From the NCBI RefSeq assembly GCF_964204645.1, contig NC_134030.1:17878210-17942209 (forward strand): a stretch of 64,000 nt of DNA, written 5' to 3'. The notes beneath the pieces are model-generated. The model saw nothing but the letters and a program-made list of their open reading frames with translations, did not search any database and was not told where the DNA came from. Source of the DNA: Tubulanus polymorphus (taxonomy: Eukaryota; Animalia; Nemertea). Of this stretch, positions 49,013 through 62,640 are shown one piece after another. How positions within the stretch are numbered: position 1 is the stretch's first letter; every line of letters begins with the position of its first letter. A program made the translations under genes and the position numbers.

Positions 49013-49248
49013 ATTAGGGTTTCTGCTGCTTTTGCAGAAACCCTCTTGTAACTCTGTGGATTATTTTTATTAGTATGAAAGTTTCCACTTTCCAGCCAAA
49101 AACTTTTCATAAAATGTTACTCCTCTCAGATTCGACTACTAACAGCTTATAAACATAATTTTCAATTATGACCGAAATATAACTCGAATTTGCGTAAAGT
49201 AATTTATTATGAATTAATCCCGCGTAATTACCGGGTAAGTAGTTAGTA
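49013..49248 (+). mobile_element. Short Helitron-like fragment
   Basis: AGGGTTTCTGC..GCAGAAACCCT hairpin; CCCG..CGGG hairpin followed by TTAGT (CTAGT-like end). Confidence 0.35.
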
Positions 49249-50408
49249 GAGGGCTGATTGACACTTATCTATACGACTACTTATTTCGATAACTTTCTTT
49301 CCAACTATTTTTCGTGGAATGAACTAGTCAATACGGTCTTCAATTCCTTTGCGGCTTCTTGCAGCTGGTGGAAATAAATTCAAACCACAGTGTGCAAGTG
49401 TACTTTTCAAATCAAGGTTTTTCGCCATTCTTGTAACTTAAACACAACTGTATCAGATGTTGTAAGTACTGCGACGTTTTGTGTAATTGTTTTTTTTATT
49501 CAATTTGCATGTTTACAATATTTGGATTAGTAATCAGTCGTACATGCAGAATTGGATTCAATGTTATTATGGGATGATAATTCATGGGCGTCAACAGTCC
49601 TGCTACATACCCTTGATATGAGGATTTTTAAAATTTATCAGAAAATTGTTTTGGAGTAAACTGAATAGCCCTTAAAATACTAATTCCACATGGCTTATCG
49701 GTGTCTATGCTCTGCGAGACAGCAGTCTCCTAAGTGGTCTCCTAAGATTTCTATTATAGTTTCTGAGTAATTATTAAATTTGGTTGCTTTATCACAGGTG
49801 GAAACAGGTCAGCTGGCATGAAAATCGACTGGGGCTGACTAATTGGTGCGGGTAGATGAAGCGTTGAAGTTTCAAAAGGTGTCGCCAAAATGCTGGAATC
49901 ATCTGGGGTAGACAAATTATCTGAAGATAAATGGCAACTTCAACTTCTTGATCTTCAGTTGATTTTGCTGTAATTATTTTGTCTGGATAAATCGACACAT
50001 AATTCATTTCAAAATCTGTGTTTAGAAGATTTTCTTTCCATAGAATAAAAATCTAATTGACTAATTTTTATGTATTCAAGATTGAATTTAAATTGATCTC
50101 AAAACCAGAGAAAGCATTCAGAAATTTAGAAAATCCTAGACTCATAATTAAATTCTTTGAAGTCAGTTATGGTATTTTGCTCGAATCAAGCCGAGGGCTC
50201 AGGTGGCTAAAATTCAATTCCTCAATGTCCCTCTAATGCCGAGTACGATGGAGTTTACAGAGTGAGCGTTGGGCTGTGTAAGTGTAATTTGGAAATCGGT
50301 AATATAGTGACCGCCCTGCCCCGCTGCAACTGAGATGTAAACAAGTAAGTTGTTGACCCAGATTTCGCTTCTTGGGAATAGTCATATGTTATGGACTGAT
50401 GAGCTCAA

Positions 50409-51701
50409 TAGCCCTACAAGACGCATATATTTATGTATGGTTTAACTATGTAACTCATATGGTTCTCCAGTAGCGCCACCTATGCTGGATAATGCATTTT
50501 CGTCTATATTGACAACTAAGCGTATAAATGGATTTCTATGAAAATTGATTCACACGTACCTGATTACTAAATACAACGAACTCCGCACATAATTGGTTCC
50601 CTTTTTAACCACTAGGGGGCGTATGTTTTAAACACTCATTTATTATGAAAATTACAAAACTGAGTATAATTCCATAGACATATGTGTAATATGCCAAGCT
50701 GCATGAATAGTTCATACAATTGCCACCAGGGGACTGTGAAAACAACGTTTTTTGCTCCGAGCTCCTTAACCGTTGGCGATAGAATCGAGGTTGCAATGTT
50801 TGGTTAGTAGCCCTTTACAAGATACCTGTGTTGATGTATGGTTTATGTAGGTAACTTAAATGGTTCTCCAATGCATTTTTATCGATGTCTACTGAGCGGA
50901 TAAAGGGATTCTATAAAATTTGATACACATGTACTTGGATGTGAAATACAACAACCTCTCACATAATTAGTTCCTATTCTAACCACTAGGAGGGGTAAAT
51001 TTAGAAAAACTCATTCTAGTATCCGTTTATCGAGTGAGAAGGCAACCATTTTATTATAGATAATCACAAAACCTGGCGTGAATACATATATTTATGTAAT
51101 CTATGCTTACCAGCTGATTAGGTCACAAAACTGCCACCTAAACTTGGTACATTAGTACTTTGCACTTAGTCGTCATGTGGGTCAACGATACGATTCGTGC
51201 TGACCCCCAGGTGGCGCTCCTTCAAAAAAGCGGTATGTAATGGACTGATTTCAGTGAAATGTTTTGCAAGCTTCCTAGTACCACATTTAACCATAGAACT
51301 CTAAGCCAAAGGGAAGGCCAACTCCGTGACGTCACTATACATTTGCCTTTGCTATCTTCGAAATTGATCAGCGCCCTCACCGGTGGCGATAAACAATAGG
51401 TTCTTGGAAATATTTACGATTATATTAATCACTGCCAGCATTGAAAATTACCGTTTTGAAGATTTGGTATTAAGATTTAAACAAATCAATGAAAAACGCT
51501 AAATTAAGAATGGAGATCACCAACCATTCCACAAAATCTATTGTTTATCGCCACTGGTGAGGGTGCTGAACAAAACACAAGATTTCTAGCGGTGCCTTGT
51601 GGATTTTTGAGGAGTCGGCCATCCTGTTCGCTTATAGTTCTATGATTTAACCCAGCAAGGCAGCAGGGCAGAAACCCGTTATCGCTGCTTTGCAGCTATA
51701 T
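50409..51701. repeat. Helentron/HINE-like repeat with two diverged ~400-bp units and a nested MITE (~51291-51645)
   Basis: Units start near 50409 and 50808; end GCAGAAACCCGTTATCGCTGCTTTGCAGCTATAT is a near-inverse copy of 461-495; MITE arms CATAGAACT..GGCCAACTCC / GGAGTCGGCC..AGTTCTATG. Confidence 0.55.
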
Positions 51702-51874
51702 TTTTTTCTAATGTTTGTCAGTCTGCTTTTGAGGCTTTAAACTAAAAACACTTTTCAAAGAAAAGTGTTTGCAATTTTGCACAATGTTTATGCTCCAAAA
51801 ATCACCCGATATCGGTGCAACAAGCTCTGTCAAAAATTCATAATTGAAAAAAGACGGCAACTTTGGTGATATAC

Positions 51875-54836
51875 TTATTTATTTATTTATTTCGTGAATA
51901 ATTTACATCAACAAATAAATACCAGACAAAATTACAATAGATAATTAATTTGATTCATACAAAATATATGTAAACTGATGTAAAATAACAGCAAGGCAAC
52001 CAGAGGAAAGCAGAGCTTGTAATATCAGGCACCCCAAAAGGAACAAATAGAGATGAAATACGCACGCTACGCACAAACACACACGCACGGACACACACAC
52101 ACACACACACACACAAACGCACGCACGCACGCTCGCAAGCAGCACACACGCACACACCAAAACACCCACCACATATAAGAAAAGCACACACATATATTCA
52201 CACACATTTACAAGTAGACACACACAAAAAATGTATACATATAAATACATTAAGTTATACCTTGGAGTTTACTCCAAGGTTATACATACATCATATGAGC
52301 ATAAGTAAGTACCATTTGAGAAGGTCATTGCACCTTATACATAATTATCATTATTATTATTTTCATGAATAAACTTTAACGATTAATAATGAGAAAGTAA
52401 AAGGTTTTTGTTCGATTTTTGAAACTTTCAATAGAAGGGGAGTTTTTAATTGAATCATTCATAATATTCCAAATATTTGGACCGTTGACTGGGCAATCCC
52501 CCTATCAGGCTCAGCCCCTAGGGCTTGGGGTTTTCCTTCTTATATATGTCTATTTATCTACGCAATCATATCCAAAGAAACTATGTTTATAATCTTGTAC
52601 ATATTATAAGTAAATAAATCATTCATTGACTTTTATTGAAAAACGTTTTAGATTTGTTTTGAATGAGTCAGGGTGGATGTTGTTCCTGTTTCTAGTGTTG
52701 TATCCAACGTAATTCGGCTTAAAAAAATTATTGAACATCTCAGGTAACTTGTTATTGACATATAGATACATGAATTGTCCAATTTGAAAATTGTTTAAAT
52801 CTGCCAATTTAAGAATTTTTGCAGACTTAAATAATGGTGAGGTATGGGCTTTAAAATCGGTTTTAAAGATAATGCGGACCGTTTTCTTCTGGAGAAGTTC
52901 CAGCTTTCTTAAGTTTGAAGGATAAGTATTACCCCATACAATATTACAATAGGTGAGATGGCAATAAATGAAAGAATAATAAAACTGCAGTAAAGTTGTT
53001 TTTAACAAAATTCCATAAAGTCTACCCATTATACCAATGAACCGTAATAGTTTAGTACAGATGCTATTAATGTGTGCCTTCCAAGTAAGCTGGTCGTCAA
53101 CTTGAACGCCTAGAAATTGTGTTGTCGATATAGACATATTGTTGATTTTGATATAAATTGAGTGTTTATGTTTAGCACGACTGAAAAACATGAGAAGAGT
53201 CTTTTTCAAATTCAATGAAAGCCTGTTTGCCCGATATTGGTCTGTAGTTTGTAAAATGTGAAACATCTCCAGATTTGAACGAAGGTAATATCTTAGATAT
53301 TTTGAAGGATTCAGGTACTTGCCCATTAATCAAACTTAGATTTAAAATATGAGCTAACGGCCGAGATATAGCGTCAATTACTCTCTTGAGGATCTTTTGA
53401 TTGATGCCATCATGACCAATGTTATTACTATTTTTAAATTTTGAAACAATATTTTCAATTTCTAAAGAATCTGTGGGAGAGAAAAAGATAGTATTTTGTT
53501 GTGGCGGACTCAGAAAAGAGAAAAATGTTTTGTTAGTAGGTAAAATATCATTGGCTAGATTTGGACCCGCTTGTGCAAAACACTTATTAAATTCATTGGC
53601 TATACTAAAATTATTTTTGTACATAACACCATCCAGTTCAAAAACATCAGGAAATTTAGAATTTGTTGATTTTCTATTAATTAGGTCATTTATTATTTTC
53701 CAGGTTTCCTTGGGATCTCTCGCATTGTTTAATATAGAGTTATAGTGAAGCCTTTTAGCCTTTTCGATACAAGTATTAAAAACGTTTCTATATCTATTGT
53801 AGATATCTCTATCAGTTTGAAGTTTACTAGACAGGTGTCTTCTATAAGGAGAATCCTTCTCTTTTAAAGCAATCAATAAACCGTTAGAAAACCATCCGTA
53901 TTTCTTGTCCCTATATATCGAAAACTTTTTATTGATTATAGGGAACATTCTGTGTAGTATTTATAGAATACATCATAAAAAGAGTTATAGGCAACATTAG
54001 CATCATGAATATTAAACACATGAGTCCGATCATGTGCAATTAGCTTTCGTTTAAATCGAGCGATATCATGATCAGACATTTTTCGATAACTAACTGTCCT
54101 AGTTGATGAATGGTTGACTTTGATTTCCGGCATAATTGCAAAAATTGGAAAGTGGTCAGATATATCATTGATCAGTATCCCTGAAATTGCATCGAAACTA
54201 GAATAACAGTTTGAATATATATTGTCAATAAGAGTAGAAGATCTGTCGGTTACTCGTGTTGACTTTTCTATTAAATTCGTGAAACCAGTTGAGAGCATAT
54301 TAAAAATAAAATCTCCAGTCGGTTTAGAAGAGTCGGCGTTGAAAAGATTGATATTGAAATCGCCCAATATGAAACACTTACGCCCTGTTCTAGTTAAGTT
54401 TTCTAAGAGTGGTAGAAAATCAGTATCAAAGTTATTGACACTTGCATCAGGCGGTCGATAGATAGTGCCAACAATATGTTTTGGCATGTTATGTGGTAAT
54501 TGGATTTCTATAAATAAACTTTCGAATGTGTCATTTACACATGTAAAATCATCCAGTATCCTAAATCTAATGGTGTTGTGGACAAACATCGCTATTCCAC
54601 CATCACGTGTATCCTGTCTACTTATGAAAATCGACTCATAATCAGGCAAATTATACATTGACATGTTGAAGTTTAGTCCACGTTTCAGTAAAAGCTAAGA
54701 TCCCAAAATTGAAACAGAGGGAGTGTAAATATAATAGCAAATTCTCAAAATTCTTATTAAAACTCCTTATATTTAGATGAAACAAGGAGAAGTTTGATAA
54801 TCCAAACATTGATAATTGTGTTAAATCCACGAACAA
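51875..54836 (-). mobile_element. Degenerate CR1-group LINE with frameshifts and deletion of the RT core
   Basis: FTETW, YRPP, GDFN, SDHFP and NYRPIS joined almost directly to the post-RT region; (AAAT)n tail; microsatellite in 3' UTR. Confidence 0.9.
52491..52625 (+). mobile_element. 5'-truncated retroposon 3' end inserted antisense into the LINE
   Basis: TSD TTGACT at 52485-52490 and 52626-52631; removal restores FSIKVNGPNIWN. Confidence 0.75.
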
Positions 54837-56602
54837 AACTATACTATTATAGGTTGTTTAAAAGGAACTGCTTTTAATAACAGTATGAATAAACTTACTT
54901 CACAAACAAGGAAGTACATTTTTAACTTGTGAATGGTCGAACCCCAGTTATTCACAATAATCTGTGATATTCTCGGAGCCTTATTTCTTTATTTATTTAT
55001 GAAATGACGTCACAAACTTTCAGATTCGCGCCAGTATGCGCGCCACGATTGATGATTGCTATTTCCACCGGTGTTATCTTTAAGTAACTTCAAGTTTGAA
55101 ATAGGAAGCACAGTACATCCATAGAAACTACGCGCAGAAAGAGTCTGTTATATTATTATCAGAGTTTAACATTTCGTTTCAAAGTTGTTAGTAGTCAAAT
55201 TTAATAGAAGATGATTTTTATGTGACGAAACTCAGTGGAAAATATGTTAAAATAATAATCAGCAGGAATCCAATACGGTTTCTACCGAGGCAGTAGAAAC
55301 CCTTATAAGTAAACTAAACCAAGGTTAGTTCTGCTTCGCTCGAGTAACGTAACTACAACAACTATTGTTGAGTTCGATGACAATAACATTTTGTGAGTAG
55401 TGAGTTATAGGCCTACCACGTTGTAATAATAGTGTATGGTTAGTTAGACAATACTTTTTCTTACAAGAGCCGTGAATGAAATATTTTGCCTTATTATGAA
55501 TAGTTTTTTTAAACAATAGTTATTCATTACCGTTCATCTTGGAGATCCACGTCTAATCTATTTAGTCTATCCGGCCTGTCATCAGGTCGGTCGCCCTCTT
55601 CCGAGTCGGATGCATCTGGCTCATATAAATATGGATCTAGAATTGGTTCTGCCATGTCTACAGTCTCCTCAGATAATTCACTGCCCGACTCACTGTCTTC
55701 CTTTTCAATATAATCATTATCTGACTAAGAATCGTCTGAACTTTCATCGCTGTTGCTTACGTTGTTAATTGTATCCGCCATGTTTGTTTACAAAGTAACT
55801 TCTCGCGCTGACGTTTACTCACGTGACCTGCTAATAACATGTGGTAAACAAAACAGCGGAGATCTTACAAAAGTTTTTTTTCCCTTAAAACAACTTCATG
55901 TAGATGTTTTTTGGGAATCTACATTGTATAGGGAATATGTGTTACTCAATCAACATTATAGTAGGAAAATACGATGCATATTGGGAAAGTGTTCAGTAGT
56001 CCTTTAATAAATAGTTAAATACAAAAAAATAAATAAGTAAACTTAACCAAAGTTAGTTCATATTGAAGTATTTTTGATCTTAATTTTCGGTCATCCAATC
56101 CAAAAATATTAGGCAAATCACGCATCAAAATGAACTCGGTTTAGTCGTTAGAATTCATATGTGGCAACATCTTCATACATCATGCATAGAATTTGAGATA
56201 GATTTCGCTTGCCACGTTTAGCCCGTTGGGGAACTTACGCTTTTACTACAATTTGAAGAAACCGCTAGCTCCCGACGTCATAGTTTTATCTGACCAGTAA
56301 TTTTCCGACAGTAATTTTTGACGCCGAGTAGAAAATAATTACACTTGATAATTTGAAACACCATAATGACGTACACACGTCGGAAGTGTTAAATAATGGA
56401 TTATTTGATATACATCGATATTGACGAATTTTGTGGGTTCACGTGTGATCTCTTTCCCGTATTCCAACCGATCCGAGCCAGTTATTCGCTAAAATTACCA
56501 GTACACAATTCAATAGGACAATTTCCACTACACTTTCTTTCCATGCTCACTTGCGACGCATGGCAGATGAACATTTTCCATTGCCGCGTAGTTGATGACC
56601 TA

Positions 56603-57802
56603 CTACACACTGACATTTGGTAGATCCTCATTCACAATAGTCTCCACCGTGAGATCTTGCCCCGAACGAATAGCGTGTTCCCTGGGTAGATGTTTACTCG
56701 ACCAAGTAGCGGGTTCCTGGGATAGATCTTCAGCCGACCACCAGATATTGGGTCCCTGCGGTAGATCTTTAGTCGACCGAATAGTGGATTCTCGGGGTAG
56801 ATCTTCACCTAACCGATTGGCGGATCCACGGGCATCAAGTTGGCACTTACAACACATATCAAAAATGCACAATGACAACTTTAAAACGTATTTTATATCG
56901 TTGTAAAACCTTTCACTGGTGGCACTCAAGAAATACATGTTTATTATATTGTTTAGCGACGAAAAATGGGCAAGAATGTTATAGATGAGTAGAAGTTTAT
57001 CGTCCGAGTAAAATTCTGGGTTGGCTTTCACGAAGATCGTCGCTACCGAACTCGTTATGACGTAAATCATGCCGACAGTTACGATGCTTTGTGTTATCGG
57101 TTCGGAGATGATGTTCCGCGCGGAGGAATTCTCCGGGTTAACGGCTGATCTACGGTGACGCAGGACCGCGCGCAAAATCACCGAATTGGACACGATGATG
57201 ATAGCGGAGGGTAAAACGAAATACAGCATCATGTCCACAAATAAAAACGATTCGTAATGCGGGCTAAAAAACGGCAGCGGTTGGCAAATTCCATCTACGA
57301 TGTCAAAGCCAAAAATCAGTTGGGAATAAAACAGCGATAAGGCAACGATTTGAACTACGATAACGGCATGCCAGAACTTCTTTCGTCTAAGCTCTACCGA
57401 AATGCGCGGGTTATATCTCGCCCGAGCCATGATTAACGTCCGTTCAACGCATAAGTCACACGTGATCCAAGTCGAAATAGTTGTTAGGAAACATCGACTG
57501 AAATGGACGGTTCGGCAGAATAGTACACTGCGGTTCTGTAAGTTGTGCACCGTCGAGTCGGCTAAATTCATCGGCAAGTACGAAAAAAGCAAACATATCT
57601 GATCGCTGATGCAAAGCAGCAGAAAAATCGAATAAACGGTGAACTTTCGATACGTTTTCGACTTCAGCACAACGATAGCGATCACGTTTCCGAAAGAACC
57701 GATCGGTAAAATCGTACACAGCCCGACAATCGCGGAAATACGTTGCGCCAGAAGCCAATTCGAATTCGACTCGGAGTTCGTACCATTATTTTCAGCGTAC
57801 AT
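56603..57802 (-). CDS. Intronless class A (peptide-receptor-like) GPCR
   Basis: GSFGNVIA (TM1), LCISD (TM2), C..H, CVERT (DRY variant), LPSAII (TM5), NNIINMYF (TM7); first ATG at 57802. Confidence 0.88.
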   Translation of the reverse strand: MYAENNGTNSESNSNWLLAQRISAIVGLCTILPIGSFGNVIAIVVLKSKTYRKFTVYSIFLLLCISDQICLLFSYLPMNLADSTVHNLQNRSVLFCRTVHFSRCFLTTISTWITCDLCVERTLIMARARYNPRISVELRRKKFWHAVIVVQIVALSLFYSQLIFGFDIVDGICQPLPFFSPHYESFLFVDMMLYFVLPSAIIIVSNSVILRAVLRHRRSAVNPENSSARNIISEPITQSIVTVGMIYVITSSVATIFVKANPEFYSDDKLLLIYNILAHFSSLNNIINMYFLSATSERFYNDIKYVLKLSLCIFDMCCKCQLDARGSANRLGEDLPRESTIRSTKDLPQGPNIWWSAEDLSQEPATWSSKHLPREHAIRSGQDLTVETIVNEDLPNVSV

Positions 57803-58645
57803 TTTCCCTATGTAACGTATATACGCTGTCTCAGATTTTTTCGCTGGCGGCCTCCTCAATCGAGACCCCTTCTCATCGGAATATTTGATCCAAATGACAC
57901 TGATGAATATTTTAGACTAATAACTTTTCGTTTAATATGAACATTGTTGTTCCAATCAATTTCTCATTAAATGCGATGTAATTCGCTGCCACGCTTAATA
58001 AAACGACTGAGTTGAAATTGCCAAACCCAACAATACAACCGAGTTGAAGTTGCCACACCTAACGATAAAATGCGCAGTGGGCGGATCTAGCCCTCAATTT
58101 GAACATGTCACAGCTTTTGAAAGGGCATTATTATTTCCATACTTATAGACTCAAAAAGGGTTAACCCATATAGCCATTAATCATCTCACAAAATTTAAAT
58201 TCATTATCTTTCTTTTTAGGTTAGCATATTTAAAACGTCAAAATTGATGAATGAGATTCACACAACATTTTATTTCTTGTACAAGTAAAATTTGAAATAA
58301 GATCAATAAGGCCTTCCCAAATAAAAAGGGAATTTCGTTTTAGTTCCTTTTTAGTCCTAATTCCTGCAATATAAACACAGAATACACTCCTCCATAGCCA
58401 AAAACAACTGAATCGCGTCGACTATAGAGTGAAAATGTCATTTATTAGTTCACATAAAACAGAATCTTACATACAAAATCAAGAGCTTTGAGTCCTGAGA
58501 CACAATCAATGGGGTTACATGATTCAAGTATTTGTAGTTAATACAAGAAATTGAGTCTCAGGACGCATTTTAAAAGATTAGTTTGAGGTATTATTTGTAT
58601 CGGGTCTTAAAACATGCATTTTAGGAATATTGCTATGATGAGAAA

Positions 58646-58915
58646 TTAGAATCGAGTCTTGAGACTTTTTGTATCTACTTTTCTAAATTGCGTCCTAGGA
58701 CTCATTCATCGTTAGATTCGAGTGTTGAGACTCATTTTAGTATCTGATTTACTAAATTGCGTCCTAGGACTCATTCATCGTTAGATTCGAGTCTTGAGAC
58801 TCATTTTTGTATCTACTTTTCTAAATTGCGTCTTAGGACTCATTCATCGTTAGATTCGAGTCTTGAGACTCATTTTAATATCTGATTTACTAAATTGCGT
58901 CATAGGACTCTAACG
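58646..58915. repeat. 69-bp tandem repeat, ~4 copies
   Basis: TTAGATTCGAG at 58712, 58781 and 58850. Confidence 0.9.
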
Positions 58916-59829
58916 TTCTAAATCATTCACTCAATGTATCATTCGATTCCAGAATTGAAACTTATTTTAGTATTTGCTGCACCAGATTTCAGGACGCATT
59001 TTAAAACGTTCATTCAAGATTAGTAATCTGTAGATTTGAGTCCTCAGCCCATTTGAGCCGCGGATGAAAAACCAGTTGAAAAAGCCACCATGGTTTAGGG
59101 AATACATGTATGATAGATAATCAAGCTAGATACTTTTAACACTAAGAATTGAATATCCAAAAACAGCAGATCTTCTGGTGAAAGTACTTAACAAACGTTC
59201 TATACGACAATAATGCTAAACGTGGGCTAAGTCTATCATAAGCTACGCCACAAACGAAACCATCATGCCTCCTTATCGGAAAAAGACAATAAACACACAC
59301 ACAAAATTGCAATCTACAATCAAAAATCCATAGGGGATTAAAATTAAAGAAAAACATTGCGGACAAGCCCATTGTAAGTAAACTACCGCAAATCCAGATA
59401 TAGAAACACTTCAATCAAGCGCACATAATTAAACAAAATGAATGAGACATTGATGTGCTCCTTATACAGTAAACCTTATATATTACGATTCCAGAAAATA
59501 TATATATGTCATATCCAAAATACGGTGTACGGATTTACCGTAGAAGTTTCAATGCTAGAAAAGTGGAATTAATATCTGAATGTATACTTTAAACAAGAGA
59601 ATATCCATATGGTGTACATGAATAATGCTTATGACGTCAACAACAATACCTTATTTCACCTTTTCAATATTTATCTACGATTTGTCTCAAAAAGTAATTT
59701 CAAAACTTCCCGATAGGAGGCAGAACAGTAGAATTAAAACCGATCATGAAATCTTAGCTCATTACAGCAGCTTTCGTTTTTCCGATACGTTTCGACGACA
59801 ATTTAGTTGATTTGGCTTATTGGGACCAA

Positions 59830-62640
59830 ATTAATCATGCAGTGATATGTTATATAAGATACGGTCTATTCGATGATTTCGCGACGGTTTGATAGACGGA
59901 TCGGAAAATTCAGGACTAAAAATAAAACGTTTAAATGAGCTAACACCGACAGCTGCTGTGTGGTTTTTAGCAGTCAGAAAGCCGTCATAATATAGTTTAC
60001 TGAGACATGTAATATAAGCAAAACAATACGACAATATAAATTAATTTAGAAATCGAAAATCAAGGCTAGCCACTATCCACGAACCATTCACTTCGTTTAT
60101 TTTCTTTCCGTCAACGATACTGGCGCCGGGAACCACGAAAAGGACTTGTTTCAGTTCCTGCCGATCGTGTACGTCTAAATTTGATAACGAGTCATCATCG
60201 AGTACGATAGATCCTGATAATTTCCTGACCGGCCTTCTGCAACTTATTAATTGTTTTTCGGATACTGCGGCCACGTAAATCTCGTAATTTTCCCAATCAA
60301 CGAGAACGACGTCTCCGTCGACGAACTGGATATTCTTAGCTCTCTAGCCTGTAATATAACATACATAAACGGGTTTTAGTGTAGAACACATTCATTTATA
60401 TTTTCATTCTAGATGAGTAAACAACCGCAGTCGAGGTTTATGCCGAGTTTGTCAAAAGTTAGCAGTAAAACGTGACTTCGAATCGGGATAAACTTTGATT
60501 TGTTGTTATGTGTGCACAGGACACTTTCGATTGTATCCAATGTAATTACTCTAGTGTTAAAACGATGACATACCCGGTTTGATGAGAAGATTTTCACCAA
60601 CGTCTGGGCAAACGACGTTTATATCCAAGCCAGGAACAGCTAAAACGAGCGGAAAAATAGAAATGATTTTAATATCCTTATCTTAATTCTATCGACTGAT
60701 AAGTAGACATATTTTATAGCAACAATGTTACTTACTGTAGTTTGTCGATAACGTCTTATTTACATCCTGCCCAACCTAAATTAAAAAGACCAAGAACACA
60801 TTGCCAATGATCGGTTTTGACAACACGATTGAAACCATTTGACACGGAATTAATTTCATTATTTGAAATCGCTTACCTTCTGTCTTTTCGGTCGCCTTTG
60901 TTGTTACTGCTGGTCGCTTCTAAAAATGAATATTCATAATTAACACTGAATTGCGTGTACCGGAGTATTATTCATTGAGTTCATTTGTAGCGGTTCAATA
61001 AACCACTGGAAGATATTCAGACTACGAATACGAATACGAATACGAATATTTATTTACACTCCAACCATTTCCATTGTATATGGAGGTAAAACAGTATTTA
61101 CAATAATTACATAAAGTAGATAAAAGCTACAAAACTTAATTAACTGGTCTCACACTTATGTACATAATATACTATTTACTATTTACAATACATATATTTA
61201 CAATACATATACTACCGGAGGGATTGATATACATCTAGACCTATTTTGAGGAATTTAGCCATATTTAAAGTTGGATTTTTTAATACATCTAAGTTCCGAA
61301 AGGTATTTATATCTAAGTGGTTTTCACGGGGTTCGGTTAGCAAATTACAATCGAAAATAAAATGTACTTCGTCCCCTAAAGCGTTGCAGGCGGGGCATAA
61401 TCTATCGGTTCTGGGTAAATGAAGGTTTGATAATCTATTTACAGGTAGGAGATAAGACCCAATCCTGAACTGGAATAAACTGGTCACTAAATCGTCATCA
61501 AGCTGATTAATATAGTTTTCAAATTTAATATCCTTCTTATATTGCCTAAAATTAGTGTATAGCGAGTTATCATTCAACTTAAAATCTATCTCTTGTACGT
61601 GCTGGTCTCGGAGTACACATTTTAATTTCTTTGAGAGTGTCATAGAGTTAACCAGACTCAAACCGGTACGTAGCGCCGCCTGGATATTTTGCGTTTAACT
61701 AAAGCGTATTCTGTTTCGCACATAAACCATGATATACCGGGTACTGTGAATATAACAAAAAGATGAATAGTTTATCTGCAGTTGGGTTTCTAGTTCGTTT
61801 ATTTTAGCCTCGAGGCACTCCTTTTCTTTCTGAATAAAAACGAAATGATTGTTTTTAGTTCCATGTAGTTCACAAATATATCAGATAATTAAGCCTACAC
61901 ATTCGGTTTAAATGCCTACCTCCAAAACTGATATTGTATGGTCACAGTTCTTGAGTTTGAACAGCGTCTCTGAATTCACACCCTACAATTGAACGACGAA
62001 TGCACACATTAACAGCATAATCGTATATTCTATTTAACGGAATATCAACTCGGGATAAACGTACCTTCTGTTGTTTGAGTTTTGCCTTCAGATCACTGAC
62101 CGCCGATCTTAGTTCGTTGTTTTTCTCCTGGAATATAAAGAAATGAAATGTACTTAACTACATAATAGATATACAGGCTCTAATAGGCTGATGCTAAATT
62201 CTATAATTTAGTCTAAAATTATAACGATTCTAAAAATTCAATACCTTTATTTTGACAAGATTTTCATTCAATATAGCATTTCTTTCTGTGTTCGTGACCT
62301 ATAATTAGAAATTTTATCACGTTATCATAATCAACGACATAACAGTGGGTACTAAATGGAAAAACTGTTGGAATATGCGACAATTACCTTTTCAGTGAAA
62401 GCTCGATGATTGGATTGTGGTGTCGTTTCATCACCTTTTGTTGGTTTTCATTGATGTTCTAGGGCAAACAAACACTAGATTTAATTAATCGAATTTTACG
62501 TATGACAGATGTGAATAGGACGGTCTCTCGGTGTTGCATGTTAAGGTAACGTTTTTTTGGTCATAATTACCTGATTTTCGTCAACACTTTCCTCCTCCGT
62601 CTCATCTACTGACATATTGTCTTTTCCCGATATTTCGTTC
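59830..62640 (-). other. Probable multi-exon host gene (short low-complexity exons, unidentified product)
   Basis: Repeated minus-strand GT-AG-bounded open segments, e.g. near 62548-62640, 62385-62460, 62062-62130, 60873-60920, 60572-60640 and 60041-60346; full frame not reconstructed. Confidence 0.35.
61024..61652 (-). mobile_element. 5'-truncated non-LTR retrotransposon (C-terminal CCHC region) with (TATTCG)n tail
   Basis: FRIGSYLLPV..RLCPAC..GDEVHFIFDC; CAGACT on both flanks as a possible TSD. Confidence 0.8.

Noticed and set aside
50394-50420. CTGATGAG hammerhead-like cores (also near 760 and 37605)
   Set aside because: No closing stem II or GAAA box follows
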